The notes below the pieces were generated by a model. It was given only the letters and a program-made list of their open reading frames with translations, ran no database searches and was not told the origin of the DNA. DNA of 64,000 bases, taken from Lingula anatina (Eukaryota; Animalia; Brachiopoda). Shown here in pieces: positions 10,905 through 26,800 of this stretch. The DNA lies in assembly GCA_051362555.1 (NCBI GenBank), contig CM120642.1, forward strand, positions 24,986,001 through 25,050,000. The letters are read 5' to 3'. Position 1 is the stretch's first letter. Each line of letters opens with the position of its first letter. The translations under genes and the position numbers were made by a program.

Positions 10905-13900
10905 TTAAAGAAAGGTGTGCATTATGAGTTGTTTCAATAAAATCAGGGTCCACTTTTACGAAAGCAAATTTAGTCGAAAATACTAAGACATCAGTGAATG
11001 ATCAGGACAGGTAAAAATTGAAAATAATTCATTGTGTGTGGACTTAAAAAAATACGGCATTGTGTGTGGATAAGGGAGTTAAAAAGGAATGTCAGATAAG
11101 GGAAATGGTTCTTTAAGTTCCCCAGCGGCAATCAGGACAAAATTTCACAAAGGCGTTTGATGCTTTTCTAGCTCTTTGTTGTCTGTTTTAAGATACACAT
11201 GAATCCAGCATCAGTGGAGCGTGGATTCCCAGTAATGCACATAAACCACTTATACTAGTATCTTGTACGACTAAAATAAGTTCCACATGCCAAGAGATAT
11301 ACCAAATAAATCGCTCCATCAATCACAAAAGAGCTGTAAACTGCTCCTTTCTTTAAATTTAACCTACTTATCTCACCTACTTTTTGGCCCCATTTATATA
11401 CAGCTTAGAAAGGTAGCAGATATATCCAATCAAATATCACTTTCAGGTAAAATTAAACAATGTCTTTGGTAATTCTCTTACTTAAACCATTTAAAACTTA
11501 ATGCTGGCATTTGGTTGGCTTTTGTGACAAAAATTTGACTTCATATGCATCTTAAAAACAGCGAATTTATTATGAGACGCGATTGCGCCGAAATTGACCT
11601 TCTTTTTCTTTCTTACTGTTAAAACTGTTTGTGCATTCTCAAATAAGTAACAGCATATCAAATTAAGAGAGAGAGAGGGGCGATTCTTAGCAGCTTGATA
11701 TATATATATATATATACACCTGTATATCACATCTATGAAACTGACAAATGAATGGCGAAACTTAAGAAGACCAAGAACTGAATAAACCGAAAACAAATTT
11801 TCACGGAACAAAAATATTTTATTTCAGATGTCTTATCAAGGCATTTAAATATCAATGTAATTTTTGTCAACTTGTGGTTCTTATTTTTTGAAAAAATTTA
11901 AAAGACATTTATGCAAATTTATGTTTTGGCTGAGACTAAATTGAAATTCAGTTTCACAAGCAAAATGAAACTAAATAGGTAAACAACTGTTCTGCCAAAC
12001 AAAACTCCACTTATGATACTATGTAGGAACTACAAAACGCATTTACACCGTTCATTTCCCCATGGCCAGGATTTTAAATTAGTCCTCTCAATTGGTCTAA
12101 TTTTGATGTCCTTCATCGAGCATTTTAACTAGAGAAGACTAGAAAAGAAATGAAATTAGTAGATTTGAAAACACGCACTTAAAAGAAGCCCGACTATAAT
12201 CAAGATATTTTCAAAATTTTGTGAAAGCCAAATCAGTTCGTTAATCTTTTATACCTTTTCTAAAAGAAAATGAATTCGCTGTAACTGCACATTTTGTTAC
12301 TGAACTTCATACATTTTAAGAGTCGATTTCTTTTTAAAACAGATATTATGTCCATGTAAAAATAAATATAACCTGCCAAAAGGCAATATTGAAAAGAATT
12401 CTGGCATAATGCCAATTACATGTAGCACCATCATTGCTAGGCACAGCAATAAATAAGTTATATTGATGCAATTAAATCCTTTTTTTCTTCAATCGGTTAA
12501 CAATAAAGATGAAACAATAAATACAATTGCAACATTAATAAACATATTTCTGATAAAAAGTAACAACACCTTAAACTGAAATCAAATAAAAATAAACGCT
12601 AGAGAACATCCGGGCATTAAGAAAACCCCATGTGGCATCTTTTCATAAATCATAGACAATAAGTTAACAATTAGGTGCATAACTGGATCGGTAAAAACAT
12701 AAAATCAACACTTATTACGGCGCTGAATAAAATATCCATTACCAAATGTGTTTTGTTCATGTTACACATCTATAGTTCGCAATGTTAATAATGAACTTAA
12801 ATTTGTACACTGGGACTCAAGCATTTGCCTTAGAAACTTGCCTGAAATTTGCCTTAAATAGTAGAGGCTGTGATTGAAAGTGATACGGTAATTACTTTAA
12901 ATTTTCAAACAATTTTTCTTTTGCAAATATCTGACTTTTTCAGGATTGATTATTATTAGTTACTCATAAAAATGGACTTTGAATGGATTTTGAAAAATAC
13001 AATATTGATAGTTTTAAGTATTTTCAACAAAACATTGCCTTTAGAAGTGATTTTTTCACATCCATATCGTTTAAATTTGAAAAGCAATTACCGAAGATAT
13101 ACATGTATGGTGCAATGGGTCGAGAAGTGATAATAATCTTGTCTACAACAATTAACGATACGCATAAATGTTGCAAAATTTTGCTTTACAAATGATTGCC
13201 TTCGCATAAGGACAGCTTCATTTAATTAATTGATGAGTCTATTGATGTCTAATGCAGTTTTATATTGCAAATTCTTAAATTGTCACGGGAAATTTTTTCC
13301 TTCGCTGACTCACTAAACGCAATTTATGAGTCCGTTTCTTTTATGCTTGGAATACTCCCATATACCATATACAGTGTCAACAATTTTATCAATAAATATT
13401 TATAAATATATCTATATATACATTATATTGTTAATCTTTACAATGAATTACTTGTAGAAATACCACAAACCACAGCCTCTATCGATGGCCATAAGATATA
13501 TATTAATGTGATGCAACTAAATTGTCAAAAGGAGCTAAATCAAGAAACTTATCATTTCCACCATAAGGACAGACGAGTAGCTGGCTGAGCAAGACAGTCA
13601 GCAATCGATTGCTTAGCATTAGAGAGTCTCCTTTTGTGATACGTAGATTTTCCCATTGCATTCCCATTCTTATGTTTCCCCTTTGTTCAAGGTTTAACTT
13701 CCAACTTCATTTTTTTACGTTGAAAATGAAACTCCTTTTCTGTTGATTGTTTTTCTCCAATTAGGCCAAGAACATTTATGAAAAAGCAGGAAATGTGTTT
13801 TTAACGTTGTGTCTGAAAATCCAATCAAAGGCTTTTTGTACTGCACTCTGAAAGAGGGGCGATGATTTTTAATAACCTTGAACACGAAGGGAAACCTTGG

Positions 13901-14904
13901 CGAATACATGCGTGCATTAAATATAGGCTTTCCTACATTTAGCAGTCAAAGAGGCAGCTCGGTTGATTCATTTCATCTTATTAAAGGATACATGTGATAA
14001 TTTCTTAAAATAGTGTTAGAACTAATGTTTCAAAATGACCGTTTTTTGCTCCAGGAACAAATTAATTGGGGCATATACAAGAGATGTATACATTAATAAA
14101 TGCATATATTTTTTTCACTTGACAATTTCAGGAAATGAGGGTTTTTAAAAAAAAGGAATTTGACGCGAATATTTGAGTTCGGAACTCAATAGTCTTGATG
14201 AATTCCAGTTTGATGCTAAAATCTGACGAATTGCCTCTTTGTCGTCCACTAATCAACTTAAAATATCATTGTGATCTACGTGTCGTGAGCGTAATATGAA
14301 AACTGAAGATGAAAGTTCTATACAATGTGATGTCACCTTTTTGGGCTGAAGCGTAATAATAAATAAGTATAATAATATTAATCATATCACGTTACAATAT
14401 GTGCATCATCAACATGGAAGAGAAGTGTACTTCATTAAATAAGCCTATCTAATATAGTTCATCATATAAATTAAATCCGTGCCCAGATTCATCTGAAGAT
14501 GTTACAGTAAAAACCGGTCAGTAAAAGTTAATGAGAGACTGGACTACCATTACCGTAACTTAAATTTGATCAATTAGAATTTTTCAATTTTTTTCTACAT
14601 ACAAAACCAATGGATATTTTTTATTTTAATACTTTGAACAAATAGTATTGCACATTAGCATAATATATGCATTTTAAAGGTTACAACAGCTATTCCACCC
14701 TCTGGACTTCAATGACCGTCGAAATGACATTGAATTGTTTTGCGATAAAAGCTAGCGAAATGCATACCACATTTTAACTACTTATGATCTTCCATTTGTG
14801 GCCTCTTTCATGTCTGAGTCAAGGTACGCAGTGATTAAAGTTAATAATGCCCCCACAGTTAGCACTTAGTCCTTCCATGTAGGCCTAAACATTGTATACT
14901 AATG

Positions 14905-15093
14905 CAGGGGCGGATTCAGGATTTTATGGGGGAATGTTTTTACGTTCATTGCCCAAACATCTCTTCACACTGAAAAAGCCCCTCCAGTCGTTCTATACGT
15001 CTTTAGATTTATTATACTCTTTTTTGAAGAGCTCCAAAATCAACTGTTTAATCATCCAATCAACCGAGCCCCCGGAACCCTGAGTCCGTCCCG
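14905..15093. mobile_element. Degenerate CAGGGGCGGAT-type MITE
   Basis: caggggcggattcagg / cctgagtccgtcccg termini, flanks taatg and aaatg. Confidence 0.5.
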
Positions 15094-16588
15094 AAATGTC
15101 TAAATTTAAAGGTATTCTATACGGGTTTAAACTACAGAATGGATTTTTCTCGTCGATTTGAATGTCATGTCTTCCTGTTCATTTCAGAAGAAGCTAAAAA
15201 CGTCAGTTACTTTTATTTGAGGCTTTCTATAGTTTTTTTTTAATTTCTGAAATGGGAAATAATAAAAAAATTGCAGGATATATAGACATTAAAAACTGAC
15301 TTTGAAAAATGTTCAAACGCGTACAGCGTACCTTTAAGTTTGAACGGTGCAAAAAAAAAAAAAAAAAAAAAAAATCCATACATTTACATGCCGTGCACAA
15401 TATAACTGAACCTATGTATCTTAATTCAACACTTGCCACATACAAAATGGCAAGCTTAAAAGAATAACAGCAATTTTCTGCGTTACCCCTATCATGCCCT
15501 ATCTCTTTTTGCTGGTATTATGTATATAATGTTGTGTTGTTGTTGCTGTTGTTGTTGTGTCCTCTTCGATAACCGATGATTTCGTATAGAAAGTTACCAA
15601 ATGGACACAACATGGACAGACGACTCAATATCCCATTTCCAAATCCATTTCAATATCGATTCGGCAACCATCGGATGACCACGTGTTCTCGAGGTCAAGG
15701 TCAAGGTCAAAATCTGAAGAAAAAAGTAATAACAAGTTATATGTACGGACCTTTAAGGATGTTTCTGCTAATTGTTAATTAAAAGCCGTATTAATGCGAA
15801 TCGCTTCGTATCGTCTGCAGGTGTAGTGTGTAATTTTTAAAATGTAACGACAAGGTTAAATGCAAATTAGTGTACATTAATTGTAGTTTGGAAATTAAAA
15901 TCGTAACTTTAAGAAAGGAAACAAAAAATAGCGTAGCATGCTAATGTACGGAAGATGAAAATATTCAAATAGAACTTAATTATATAATTGAAGAAATTAA
16001 AAATTGAAAAAGATACCATTAATTAATAGACACTTTATTATTGGTGCCAGATTAATTTAGGTGTCGTTTAGAAGGTGCCCTTTTTGTTGTTATTATATTA
16101 ATAACCCATTACCTTTTACATTAGGCCTTACCTCCCTCGGACTTCAAGTAAAACGTGAACATTGCAAATATCTACTCACTTTCCGTCGAAAACCGAAGAA
16201 TAAAAGTCAAGGCGCTGGATTCTGTAAGGCTTAATTAAATAGTCTTTAAGTTAAGTATCCATAAATAATTTTATTGACTTGGATCACAGCGCGACTCATG
16301 AACACGTTAATGAACGAAAGCAGAATAACAAGGGGTAAGTTGAACCATTATACTATGTATACAGTGAAAAAGCCAAAATCGTGAATCAGTGATCAACACA
16401 CTTTTGTGGATGTAGAGTTGACCCAAAAAGCCCACAAAAACTCGAACTCCACATTTTGATTTTTACAAACACTATCCGTTATAAGTCAATGCTTTACTTT
16501 ATACTCTACTGCATGGTACTACCTTTGACTCTCAAAACGTTTTCCTCGATGGCCTTTATCACATACCTGTCACAATGAAAAAAGTAAA

Positions 16589-16797
16589 GGTCATATTCAC
16601 AGCCAAAATTGATTCGCGGACTAACAGATCCGCGGATCGAATGTGGCTAACCCACTTTTGAAAGAATGCCGCTTGATCCCTGCGAGGAATCTAAAGAGTG
16701 TCTATCAAGTGGTTATGCGGCAAGCTTTCAAGTGGGTCGGCCATATTTGATCCGCAGATCAGTAAGTCCGCAGGTAAACTGGTTGTGAATGCTGCCA
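16589..16797. mobile_element. Fold-back MITE, same family as 42836-43019
   Basis: attcacagcc...gcggactaacagatccgcggatc ... ggccatatttgatccgcagatcagtaagtccgc...ggttgtgaat. Confidence 0.65.
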
Positions 16798-19700
16798 TAG
16801 TTTAAATGATGCATTGCCAGAGAGAAGCGTTGCGGAGCTTTACCCCATTGTACTCATGTCTCCTGGGCACTTGCATACTGTTTTCTCAGTCTCTCTTTTC
16901 CATTATTATGCAGACAGAAACCATTCACCATGCTGTGGTAGGAGTATATAATTCTTGATATACATTTACAAACAATACACCAACCATGGACAAATCGCAG
17001 TATGGCTTCACCAAATACCAAATGGGCAATGGTACCATAAACTAAATGGTTCAACTTGCCCCAAGGTAACTGGTTCGATCTTACCCCTATTTCACCATAC
17101 CAGAAGCTGAAGCAAGATATGAACAATTATATAGGCCTGTAATAAGACCTCATACCTGAAAGAGACGAAGTTGAAAACTTTTAATGGCGTTTCTGACATT
17201 TTTACAAAAAATCACATGGAAGTAATTTACAACCAATTTCGCCCATTTCCTTTAAATGATCGCCACTCAACTCGCCCTTTAGGAATATACTGAGCGCGAT
17301 TCAAAAATGTACCTTGCTTATAGTTCCATCAAGACCAAGTTCATTTGAGAAAATATCAATATCTGACTCCAGGTAATTCCGAAGGTGCTTCCTAAGATTG
17401 CCTACCTTTAAAATTCTTATAACAAAATTTTGATATGTTTTCTGGACGTTTTTTTTTCTTCAGACGTCTTTGGAAATGTTTCCCTTGACAACCTTTAAAA
17501 AAGTTTTGATGTCTTCTGTTCTTACTCCTATTTTCGTCAGTTTCAAACTTACTCGACGAAGGACTCGTGCATTTTAAGTATAAATAAATATATTCATCAG
17601 AAGATTTTATCTTAAACAAAGGTCATGCTCAGACATCAGAAAGAGGGTTTGATTTATAGATTAAAATGTGATCAATAAGCAGGTTAATACAATTGAAAAA
17701 TGAAGTTGAAACTTTTCTTTGAAAATGTTATTTTTATGTGTGTTTGCCTGTGTATTTTCAAGATTTGCTAATGAATGGTTACTGTGAGTGAAGCGATTCG
17801 CATTAATAGGGTTATTAGCCTACACTAGATATACGCATACATAACCCATACACATATAGCTAACGTAGGCTAATAATCTTATTAATGGTTATATACATAT
17901 ATATAATAGCCATCCATACATTAACAAACTTTAAAAGGTTACGCAGCAAACATACAGTGGTTTTTCAAGACAAGTTCGTCATTTCACTGTTCAGTGTGCC
18001 TCGTTCAGTTTGAAGAAAACCGACGTGTTCTTAACTAAATCCGACCTCATTCTGCCAATAAAATACATCGGCGAAAAATATTACTTGGCGTTTACCTCAC
18101 CAAGCTGCCAAAAAGTTTTTTTCTGTAAACAATATTTATATTTATACTAAGTGTTTCTTCTGTATCGTTGACTTCATATGGTCAAGTTCTTCAAGGATGA
18201 TTCAAATCTTGGAAAAAAAAGACAATTATATCCAAACCCAGTGCTTTGGTTTTGTGCAGGACAAATTCTGTGAATTACATAAATTAATTGGAAATTATAG
18301 AATTGTTTTACAAAGCTATAAATATGTGATCTTAGTTAATGAAGTTGGTGTCAACTGCTTAAGCCTGGACAAGCCTTAAGTTTGGACAGTTAGTAAAATA
18401 TTTACGTTAATACCAAAATGAGCAATTAAACCTTTTCTTCTTGAGAGTGCAGCTTAATATATGGAAAGCGTTTAAAAGAAAAATATTTTCATCGAAGTAA
18501 TACAACTTTTAGATCGAACTTGCTACCAATACTTAGCGACGCCACACTTCTTTTATAGCTTAAACTAATGGCTTTTGATACAGATAATACTATTCTCACA
18601 GGTGGCAACTTGAGACTTTTAAGGTGCTGACGGAAATTCTAGCTGAACGACAATAGCCCAACATTGGCTGACCTTTTTAACTTTTTGCCGTTGTATTTAA
18701 CAATGAATATAACAGTCTGACAAGTCAAAAACATGCAAATAATGTAAAAAATGTGTCACTGGCATGTCTCAATGGTTCACTTTTTTGTGGGATGTCCCAA
18801 ATCAAGTTATTATAACTGGCCAAGTGACCACAAAATTTTGGATGGCCGCTGTGGATTTTGAAATCTTTGTTACGAGACAAATTTAAATACCACTAAATGT
18901 TATAAAGCATACCGTTTACAATGTTTCAGCTAACTTATAATTAAATTTTTGGTGCTACTAGCAAAAAACTGGAAGCTGAGTTTGTGCATCAGAGCTAAAA
19001 TTGGCAGAAAGATTAGGCTTTTAAGGGATGCGTGATGTAGGCCTTTTCATAGAAGAGGACACTAAAATCCTTACGTTAAGAATACTATGTATAAGCATAG
19101 ACTCAAAGTTTTAATCGTCAATGAAACCCACCTTTCTATTTTAAGGTGAGATATCAATCGGTATGGCGCATAACTTCATCGAGGAACAAAATTTTATCAC
19201 AAAAACTTACATCGTCGACTACAAGTGTATGAGCTTTACCCCCGTGCCGCCATTTTGGTTTAAACCTTTTTGTTATTGTTTATGAACCCCTAATTACAAA
19301 TTTTCATTAAACACAGGCATTATTTTGCTTTATCAAACATAAAATCCGAGCCGAGGCTTTTAAGAAAAATCTCTGGCGGGTGTCATTAAATTATATCTAA
19401 AATGTTCGTGGTTGCTCAGGCAAAGAAGAAATTTTAAAAACTCATTTTCCATTCTCACCCCGAAATCGAAATTATGACATTACCCGTAAGAAGAAAGTGT
19501 GTAAATGTTAATTGATTTAGTCGCTGAACACTGAAGATTTTGTCTGTTATCCAAAGGAATGTATGTAAGGCAGTAAATAATTTTTTTGGCAGTATCCTTA
19601 AGCACTTTTTCAGGATTTGCGTCTCATTTATTTGCAGTGGCTGACAAAATTTAGTTTTTTTATATTTTCTGTCAGACTGATAAGACCCAATTTGTCAAAC

Positions 19701-20762
19701 CGGCATGTCGGCATAGATTCTTGGTAAGTTTGGGAAGATCCTCGTTTACTCCTGGAAAATCCAATTCAGGCAAAAACAAACAGTTGGTATCCCTTTAATA
19801 GAAAGAATTTTGATATATATTATGTGCTTTTATACGAGTGTCCATGTAACACTCGAGAGCTTTTCATTCCCCACATTCAAAAGAGAAACTAAGTTGAAGG
19901 ATTTGGGACATATGATTTTTTGTGATATCCTCGAGTGATTTTCTCTATAACATTACAGCTAGTCTCGTCTTGACAATAGTTTCTGGTAAATATCTTTCTA
20001 ATTAGTCGGACCTGTAAACTGTTTCTCGCGAGAACAAAACTGTTCCAAGATATAGGATTTAATAGTAAATATATTGAAGAACACTAAAGGGGGCCTAAAA
20101 CAATTAAATGCAATACAAAATACGTGTGTATATTGTGTCAATTCGCATAGTACGAGAAAAAGAGAATACTGTAATTTAAAATGGAATCACTGTTCCTTGA
20201 TGGTTAAAATTTTTTTTCTTTTTTTTTTTTTTCTTTTTTTTTTTTTTTTTGCGTCAAGCCTTAACCAAGCGATATGATACAGAAGAGAATCTTATAGCAT
20301 TTATATTAGATAGATAGATAAAAAAAAATCCCTAGGATTTGCACTGTTTGTACCTAATGTTCACGTATATGCTTATAGGCCAGCCTGTAAAACGTATTCG
20401 TCTATTCTTTCTTGCTTGGTTTACTCGCACTATATATGTACCGAATGAACCTTATTTGAGCCCATGAGGAATGTTCAGGATATTTCGATGACAGTTACAC
20501 TTATAATTCAATTATAGCACGCATTCTCCCCTTCTGGTTAGTCGGTTAACATTATCGACTGCGTTCGCTTCTGCGGTTTTCGGATCACAATATTATTGCA
20601 TAATGCGCAGAATGTGATTACATCTGCAGTTTTGCTTTCTCGACAACTTCTATGTTTCTTTACTGAATGCAGGCTTCTTTATAATAGAAAAAAGGGTACG
20701 AATAACCTTTTGCATATTAATATTTATCACAAATATGCCATGATTCAGTTTCAATAAAATCT

Positions 20763-20893
20763 TCATGTAGATACAATTGCTCTGCTGGTGAGTGAATCTA
20801 TGCGAGCAATCACGTCGTATTGATTTCCAAGCTCGGGCCACGGGGAATTCCTTCCCACAGTACGGAAAGTGTAATCCGTGGGCCAGCTGATAC
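20763..20893 (-). CDS. Tentative terminal coding exon of Awh/Lhx6-8 (GISWPTDYTFRTVGRNSPWPELGNQYDVIARIDSLTSRAIVST*)
   Basis: The exon ending at 21679 has a phase-1 donor (GTATGT). The nearest plausible downstream CAG acceptor giving an open phase-1 frame in a locally GC-richer patch is at 20894. The pyrimidine tract is weak and there is no homology support. Confidence 0.45.
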
Positions 20894-23800
20894 CTGGCTT
20901 ATGTAACACGTAAACAACAATCAATTTCCATTATAAACACGGATATTATACTATCTAAGTAAAGATATATATTGATCTAGATACGATAACGAAATTACGA
21001 GCCCATTAGTGGAAAAAACAATGCAAATCAGATCTTAATTACACCCTTCAAGATATGTGTGTGTCTGACGTTAATTAAATCACCTAGGGGCTAATGACTG
21101 AGATAGCACGGTTCAGTGCAAATAATTATGGTCAAACAGTCGTAAAATAGAAAGGCCAGAGTTTAATTTCCTTACTTCAATATAAGGAAAGGACGGCGAG
21201 TGCTAACATTGTTTTATTACGTTGGATGTCCAGAAAAAATGACACGGGTGGGAATTTGTATTGAATTTTTAATCAGTTGGTATAAGACATGCTTCTCACT
21301 ATCAGTGGACAGCTACGTGCTAATTACCGTAACATCCAAAGCGTTAATTAATAACTGTCCCTGTTATTCCTCCAAGTCCGAGTTCTCAATAGTCAGAAAA
21401 ACTGGACATTCATAACAGAAAATCGCCTGACTAGTTTCAAGATGAAATCACAACTAAAAACATCATGCAAAAATTAACTGAAAATTATTGTATCAAAATA
21501 ATTCAAAATAGAATAAATGGTTAAATAAGTGCTTTAATGTAAGCAAGAAAATTATTTCAGATGCGAGTTTAGAGAGAGGGAAAGGAATAGAATTAGAGAA
21601 AGGGATTTCAGTAGTGATAAAAACACCAAAGATAAGTGTATAGTTAATCAGAACAAGCATACATACAAACATACATACCTTTTTCTACTTCGATGTCGTT
21701 CTTATTGATATTGTTGTTGTTGTGCTTACTGCTGTTGTTATTACTTATGTTCGGCTTTGTCTCTTTCTTGTCCGATGGTGATTTGGCTCCGCACATTTGC
21801 GTCTTTTTCTGTCTTGCTCGAGAATTTTGAAACCAAACCTGTGTGACACGCTTGCTCAATCCTGGAAAATGTAAGGGAAATATTCTCATGGCTTTGATCT
21901 GCGTTCTGTAAATTTTCTTGTAAGAGATGAAAAATCTAAACTACATAATCCAGAAAAATACAACAGATTAAAACCTTTACATTTTTTAGATAAACGAGCA
22001 TCCTTTTTTGCTAATTTGATTGTCGATGACATATGCAACATTTAAAACACGTTTTATTTAGTAGACAAATACGAACGACACAAGAGACTTAACAAAGAAA
22101 AAATAGCAAATTTTAGTCTGTCTGACTTGACTGCCAAGGAGAACACATTAAAGTAATTATCCTTTATAAATGCATCCATTTTGCAATATATTTAATAGGA
22201 AAACAGGTATGCATATTTTACCAGTTATCTGAGCTATTCTCTCGAGTTCTTGTCCGTCTGGGTTGCTGTCCACCTCAAAATTGGCCTGCAGCACGTGCAG
22301 TTGGTCCTCGGTAAAAGTTGTACGAACGCGTTTGACTTTATTTCTAGCAACGTGGTCATACTCTAAAAATGATATAAAATTACTTGAATGAAAATATTAA
22401 CATAGCACTGATGATTATACGCCTTCCGATTATCATTTACTTTGAAACTATCCTTTTTTTTGTTTTCGAACAATTTTATAGAATATAATGTTGATAATTG
22501 TAGAGGATATTAACGTGCTTTATCCTTAGTTACATTCTTGACACTTCTATTACTTAGTTCAGTGAAGTGGACGCCCATTATGCTTATGGTTTTATTTCTT
22601 TTTCAAGAGAGAAGAGGATGGAAGAAAATAGCCTGGTATGTATAATGATACTTTGTACAAACGAGAAGTGTTTAAGAGCACAAAGACGAAATTGGAAGAG
22701 GTTGTCCAGTTCGCTCTTTGGCCCACCCTTTCCAGCAAAATGCACCTGATGGAATTGAATTACATTCTAAAAGATGAAAACGATTGCATAATAGCACAAG
22801 AGGTAACATCTGAAATATATTTCTAATAACTTGGTCACAGCAGCATTGTAGAAGAAAACTGTGTTGGGAAAATATAGCAATTTTATTTCAATATTAAAAG
22901 ATAGTTCAAGCACTAAGGACAGACCACTCTCTGTTCACTTAAAAAATGAGAATTTTTCAGCAATAAAAATCGCACGAAACCGTTTTCGCCAAAACACTTG
23001 ATAAAATGATGACGTTTTTATATGCCGGAAATTGAACGCCTGGGTGTGGTATTTTAACATCAAACTTTTAGCCTAATCATCTGTTTCGCAAATCTCATAT
23101 TCAGAAACTTCAGGTCAAGTCTCTTTTACCGTGTAATAAAATTAAAAGAAGAAGAGACCATTTTCTTATCTGAAGTACCTTATAACGCATGCTTTTTTGA
23201 TAATTTGCGTACTTCGCGCGTATTTCACATAGGAGACAATGTGATGGATTTCCTGTTGATAACTATTTAGATTTTTTTTTAAAGCGCGCTTTTGTCAAAA
23301 CCCTCTCCACTGTACATAGACGTTTCCGTTCCAAAACGAATGCGCTTTTCACTGTGAAAGAAAGTGCTTATTAAAAGCCTATTAAAGATCACTAAACATA
23401 TGTGCCAAGCTCTAGGGGCAATTCAAAGCCCAGATTCTTTTTAGAAATTGGCTGCCTCAAGTACATCACATTTGTCAGCAGACTGGCAAGTATAACAAAG
23501 GATCAGTATATTAGTTCAGGGCCACACCATTGAGAAATTAAGCCCGGCTCGATGCCCACATTATGACAATTTATAAATATCCATTTAAGGGCACAAAGAG
23601 TCAATAGGCGGGGTCCAAAGATGGGATTTTCAGCTCAGAAGAAATCACGGCGCTGGATAATTGATTTAAATCGTATCGATTTTGGCCCAATGACATTTGC
23701 CAATAACAGGTTTAACTGTGTAATCAAATTTATCTTCTTCTGGAAGTAACAAACGTTTCTCGATACCCGTCTACTTGACATAAATTAGTAGAGCGACGCG

Positions 23801-26800
23801 GCCAAAAATTAACTTTAAGGGCATTTGCAGGGAATTGATTCAATCCGGCCTACAATGCCGTGCCAGAACCTTTAATATAAAGAAAATACTAATAAATTTC
23901 TATCAAAAATGAGGCAGCGTTAACGTTATATTGCCAAAATGATATCCAAATTGTATGCATATTAAATCTCCACGAAGAGCGTTTTGAAATACATTGCACG
24001 GTTAAGAGGTTTCTAGCAAACAGTGCAGGCTGAAATATTTAAGTCTTCAAATAGCACTGTTTAAGTACACTTGCAAGTTCCATATAAACCGTACTCCTCG
24101 AATTTTTATCTTGACAGTGAAATGTTATACGGCTTCATCGTTCTTGAAATAAATAAAATTGGACAATCTTTTTTTTTTCTCACCAAATTATCTAAATTTT
24201 TGAATCCCGGTGTGGACTGAGCAGACTGCAGATTTTGAAGCAATTTTACCCGTGGCAGTCGACAAGAGAGACAGCGAACGTCCCACTAGAAATATGACTT
24301 CACAGAGTCATATTCACAAGCAGTCTGTACACGTACATGTGTGCATATTCAACAACAGAATATGAGTTACAGAGAAGGACAAAATGTTCGAAATATTCAA
24401 CGCTTCTTAAGTAAATTATCTTGGTCTGTTTTGTTATCACTTTTAGGGTGTGTCGTTTCTAGTTTTATCTAGGGTTCTATAATCCTAGTATAGCTAAAAA
24501 AAAGCCGCTGTCCAGAAGGAGTCCTGGGCTCCGTATCTCGAAAGGTTCGCTATGTTGCGCACGTGCGTTTAGTGTCTCGATTCCATAACCGATTCTATTT
24601 CGAGAAAGGGGTCATGGAATCGAGACACTTGCGCACGTGAGCAAGGCCCCTGCACTTCCGTGGCCACGGGGCGGCCCCAGGATTATATAGAGGGGTTTCT
24701 ACTTTCAAACCCTAACAGTATTGCATGGGCATGAGTCAAGTGATTGAAACATATTACCAGACTTTAAAACCTCTCAGTAAACGACGTAGCCATGGTCGGT
24801 CTTTGAAAGTCATATTCTACTGTATGTATGTCATTTGTAAATCAAGTAATATTATACTGCTGATTTACTGCTATGTAAATTGATTTTTAGTATAATAGTT
24901 TTCATGAAAAAAAAAGAACTTGAAGGTAGGAGGAAAATTCTTCGTGTGGTTAAGAAAGACATAAATATTAGGGTTTGATACTAAGGATACCGATGCTAAG
25001 ACTGACGTGTTAATTTTACCTCCTTTGATTTCTCAACATATCCAAAGTAATTCATGATAAAACCTCTAAATTTGGATCATTCACTTGGACGGATGATCCT
25101 AACATTATCAGTCCACAGAATGTGAATATTTCATAAAACGCAAAATTCTCAGCACAATGTTTCTTTAAATGTAGAGCATAATGAGTTGCGTGTTAATATG
25201 TTAATAACAGTACAGGAAGACAAGGGAGGAAAGGAAATCAGTAGGTGGAAAATGTTAAAGCGTGTCAGTTTTCAGTATGATATTTTGTTATTCATAATGT
25301 CATTTGTCTTCCATGCAGTTTGATGTACGATATATAAAACATGGCGTTGTACCTAAAAGTAGTTGAAAGAGGCTGTAAAATGCAAAGAGAAGATCGTATA
25401 AGTTAGTTTGGCCGAAGAAGTTTTTTACATGAAATGCCAAATCGAAAAAAAAAAGAATGCCGAATAACTATAAATTAAAAGTGAACATACCTTTATCGTC
25501 CCCTCCCTCCAACAGTTCCAAGAAATGTGCCTTGCACAGCAACCTTCCCTCGTGGAGGGCGAATTCCTCTCCAGTGGACAACTGACGCTTACAGCTATCG
25601 CAGGCAAAGCAGGCCAGATGGAACGCTTGCTCCTTGGCCCGACGGACCCAGTCGTTGGACTGAATGTTGCGGTTACATTTCCCGCAACGAGCACCAAAAC
25701 GCCTGCAAAATATATATTTTCATCTTTTTTTTTAGTCATTAGAACACCAATAGAGCGTTTTTGATTTGAAAAAAAAAAAAAACCCTTAATGATAATGTGT
25801 ACAACCAACGATGAAATACTTCTGCGAACTAGTAGTAATTACGCAATTAACGTATTCACAAACGCAATTAAAACTTTTTTCCGAGAAAAAGCATTGACAA
25901 ATTTAAAAACAAGAGCAAATATAATCCTGTAACGTTACGACGGCTATTGATTTGTATGCCAATATTTTTAGTTTATTGATAAAATTACTTGCAATCTCAA
26001 AAGTGATCATAGGTCATTAAGGGATATGAACAACATTTATTGTAGGCTGATCGCTCTTGTGGCGTTCCTTGACTTATATTGTAAAGCAAACTTAACGCGT
26101 AGCCGCCCACCCAAGTATAGCAGTAAACCATCTTATCCAAGTACAGAGACGGGTCGAGCAATGATTCGTGAGTGCGAGAAAAAATTTTCCCTTAATATTA
26201 ATCTAAATACATATCAACAGTAAAAAAAATATACTACTTACATGATAGTGAATTTATTTTTATAAAAGCAAAATCTAAAAACAATGGTGAATGTTCCATA
26301 GCAACGAAATTCCTTAAATATATGTACATCCATTTAAATTTGTTTTCATTGCATGTAAGTTGGTTCCCTAAGAGGATCGAAAGCCAAATCACTATTTTTT
26401 TCAAGGGAACTGTTTCCTTCGTTTCTCCGTTAAGTTAGTTCTTGCTCAAACTTTTGCATAACATTTTTACATCCTCTTCCGGTGGCCAAAACAGGATATG
26501 TGTCTTAGAAACAACACCAGAAGAGTGGTTTTAATATCAGTAATGATGACAGCCTAAAAGAACGCTTCGGTTAACTTAAGGGCATCGGATGGGTACATGT
26601 AACAATAACAGAGCCAAATAATAAAATCAAGAGCGATACATATAAAATAGCAAAGACTCATATATGCATACAGCAAAATATTTCCCAATCTGCACTTCAA
26701 CTGCGTCAAAAATTGCCTCTCATAATTACAAGTATTGTAATGTTGATAAGCGTGTAGACTGTGGACGTCATCTTGAACTGTGCCTAATGCCTCAATGTAG

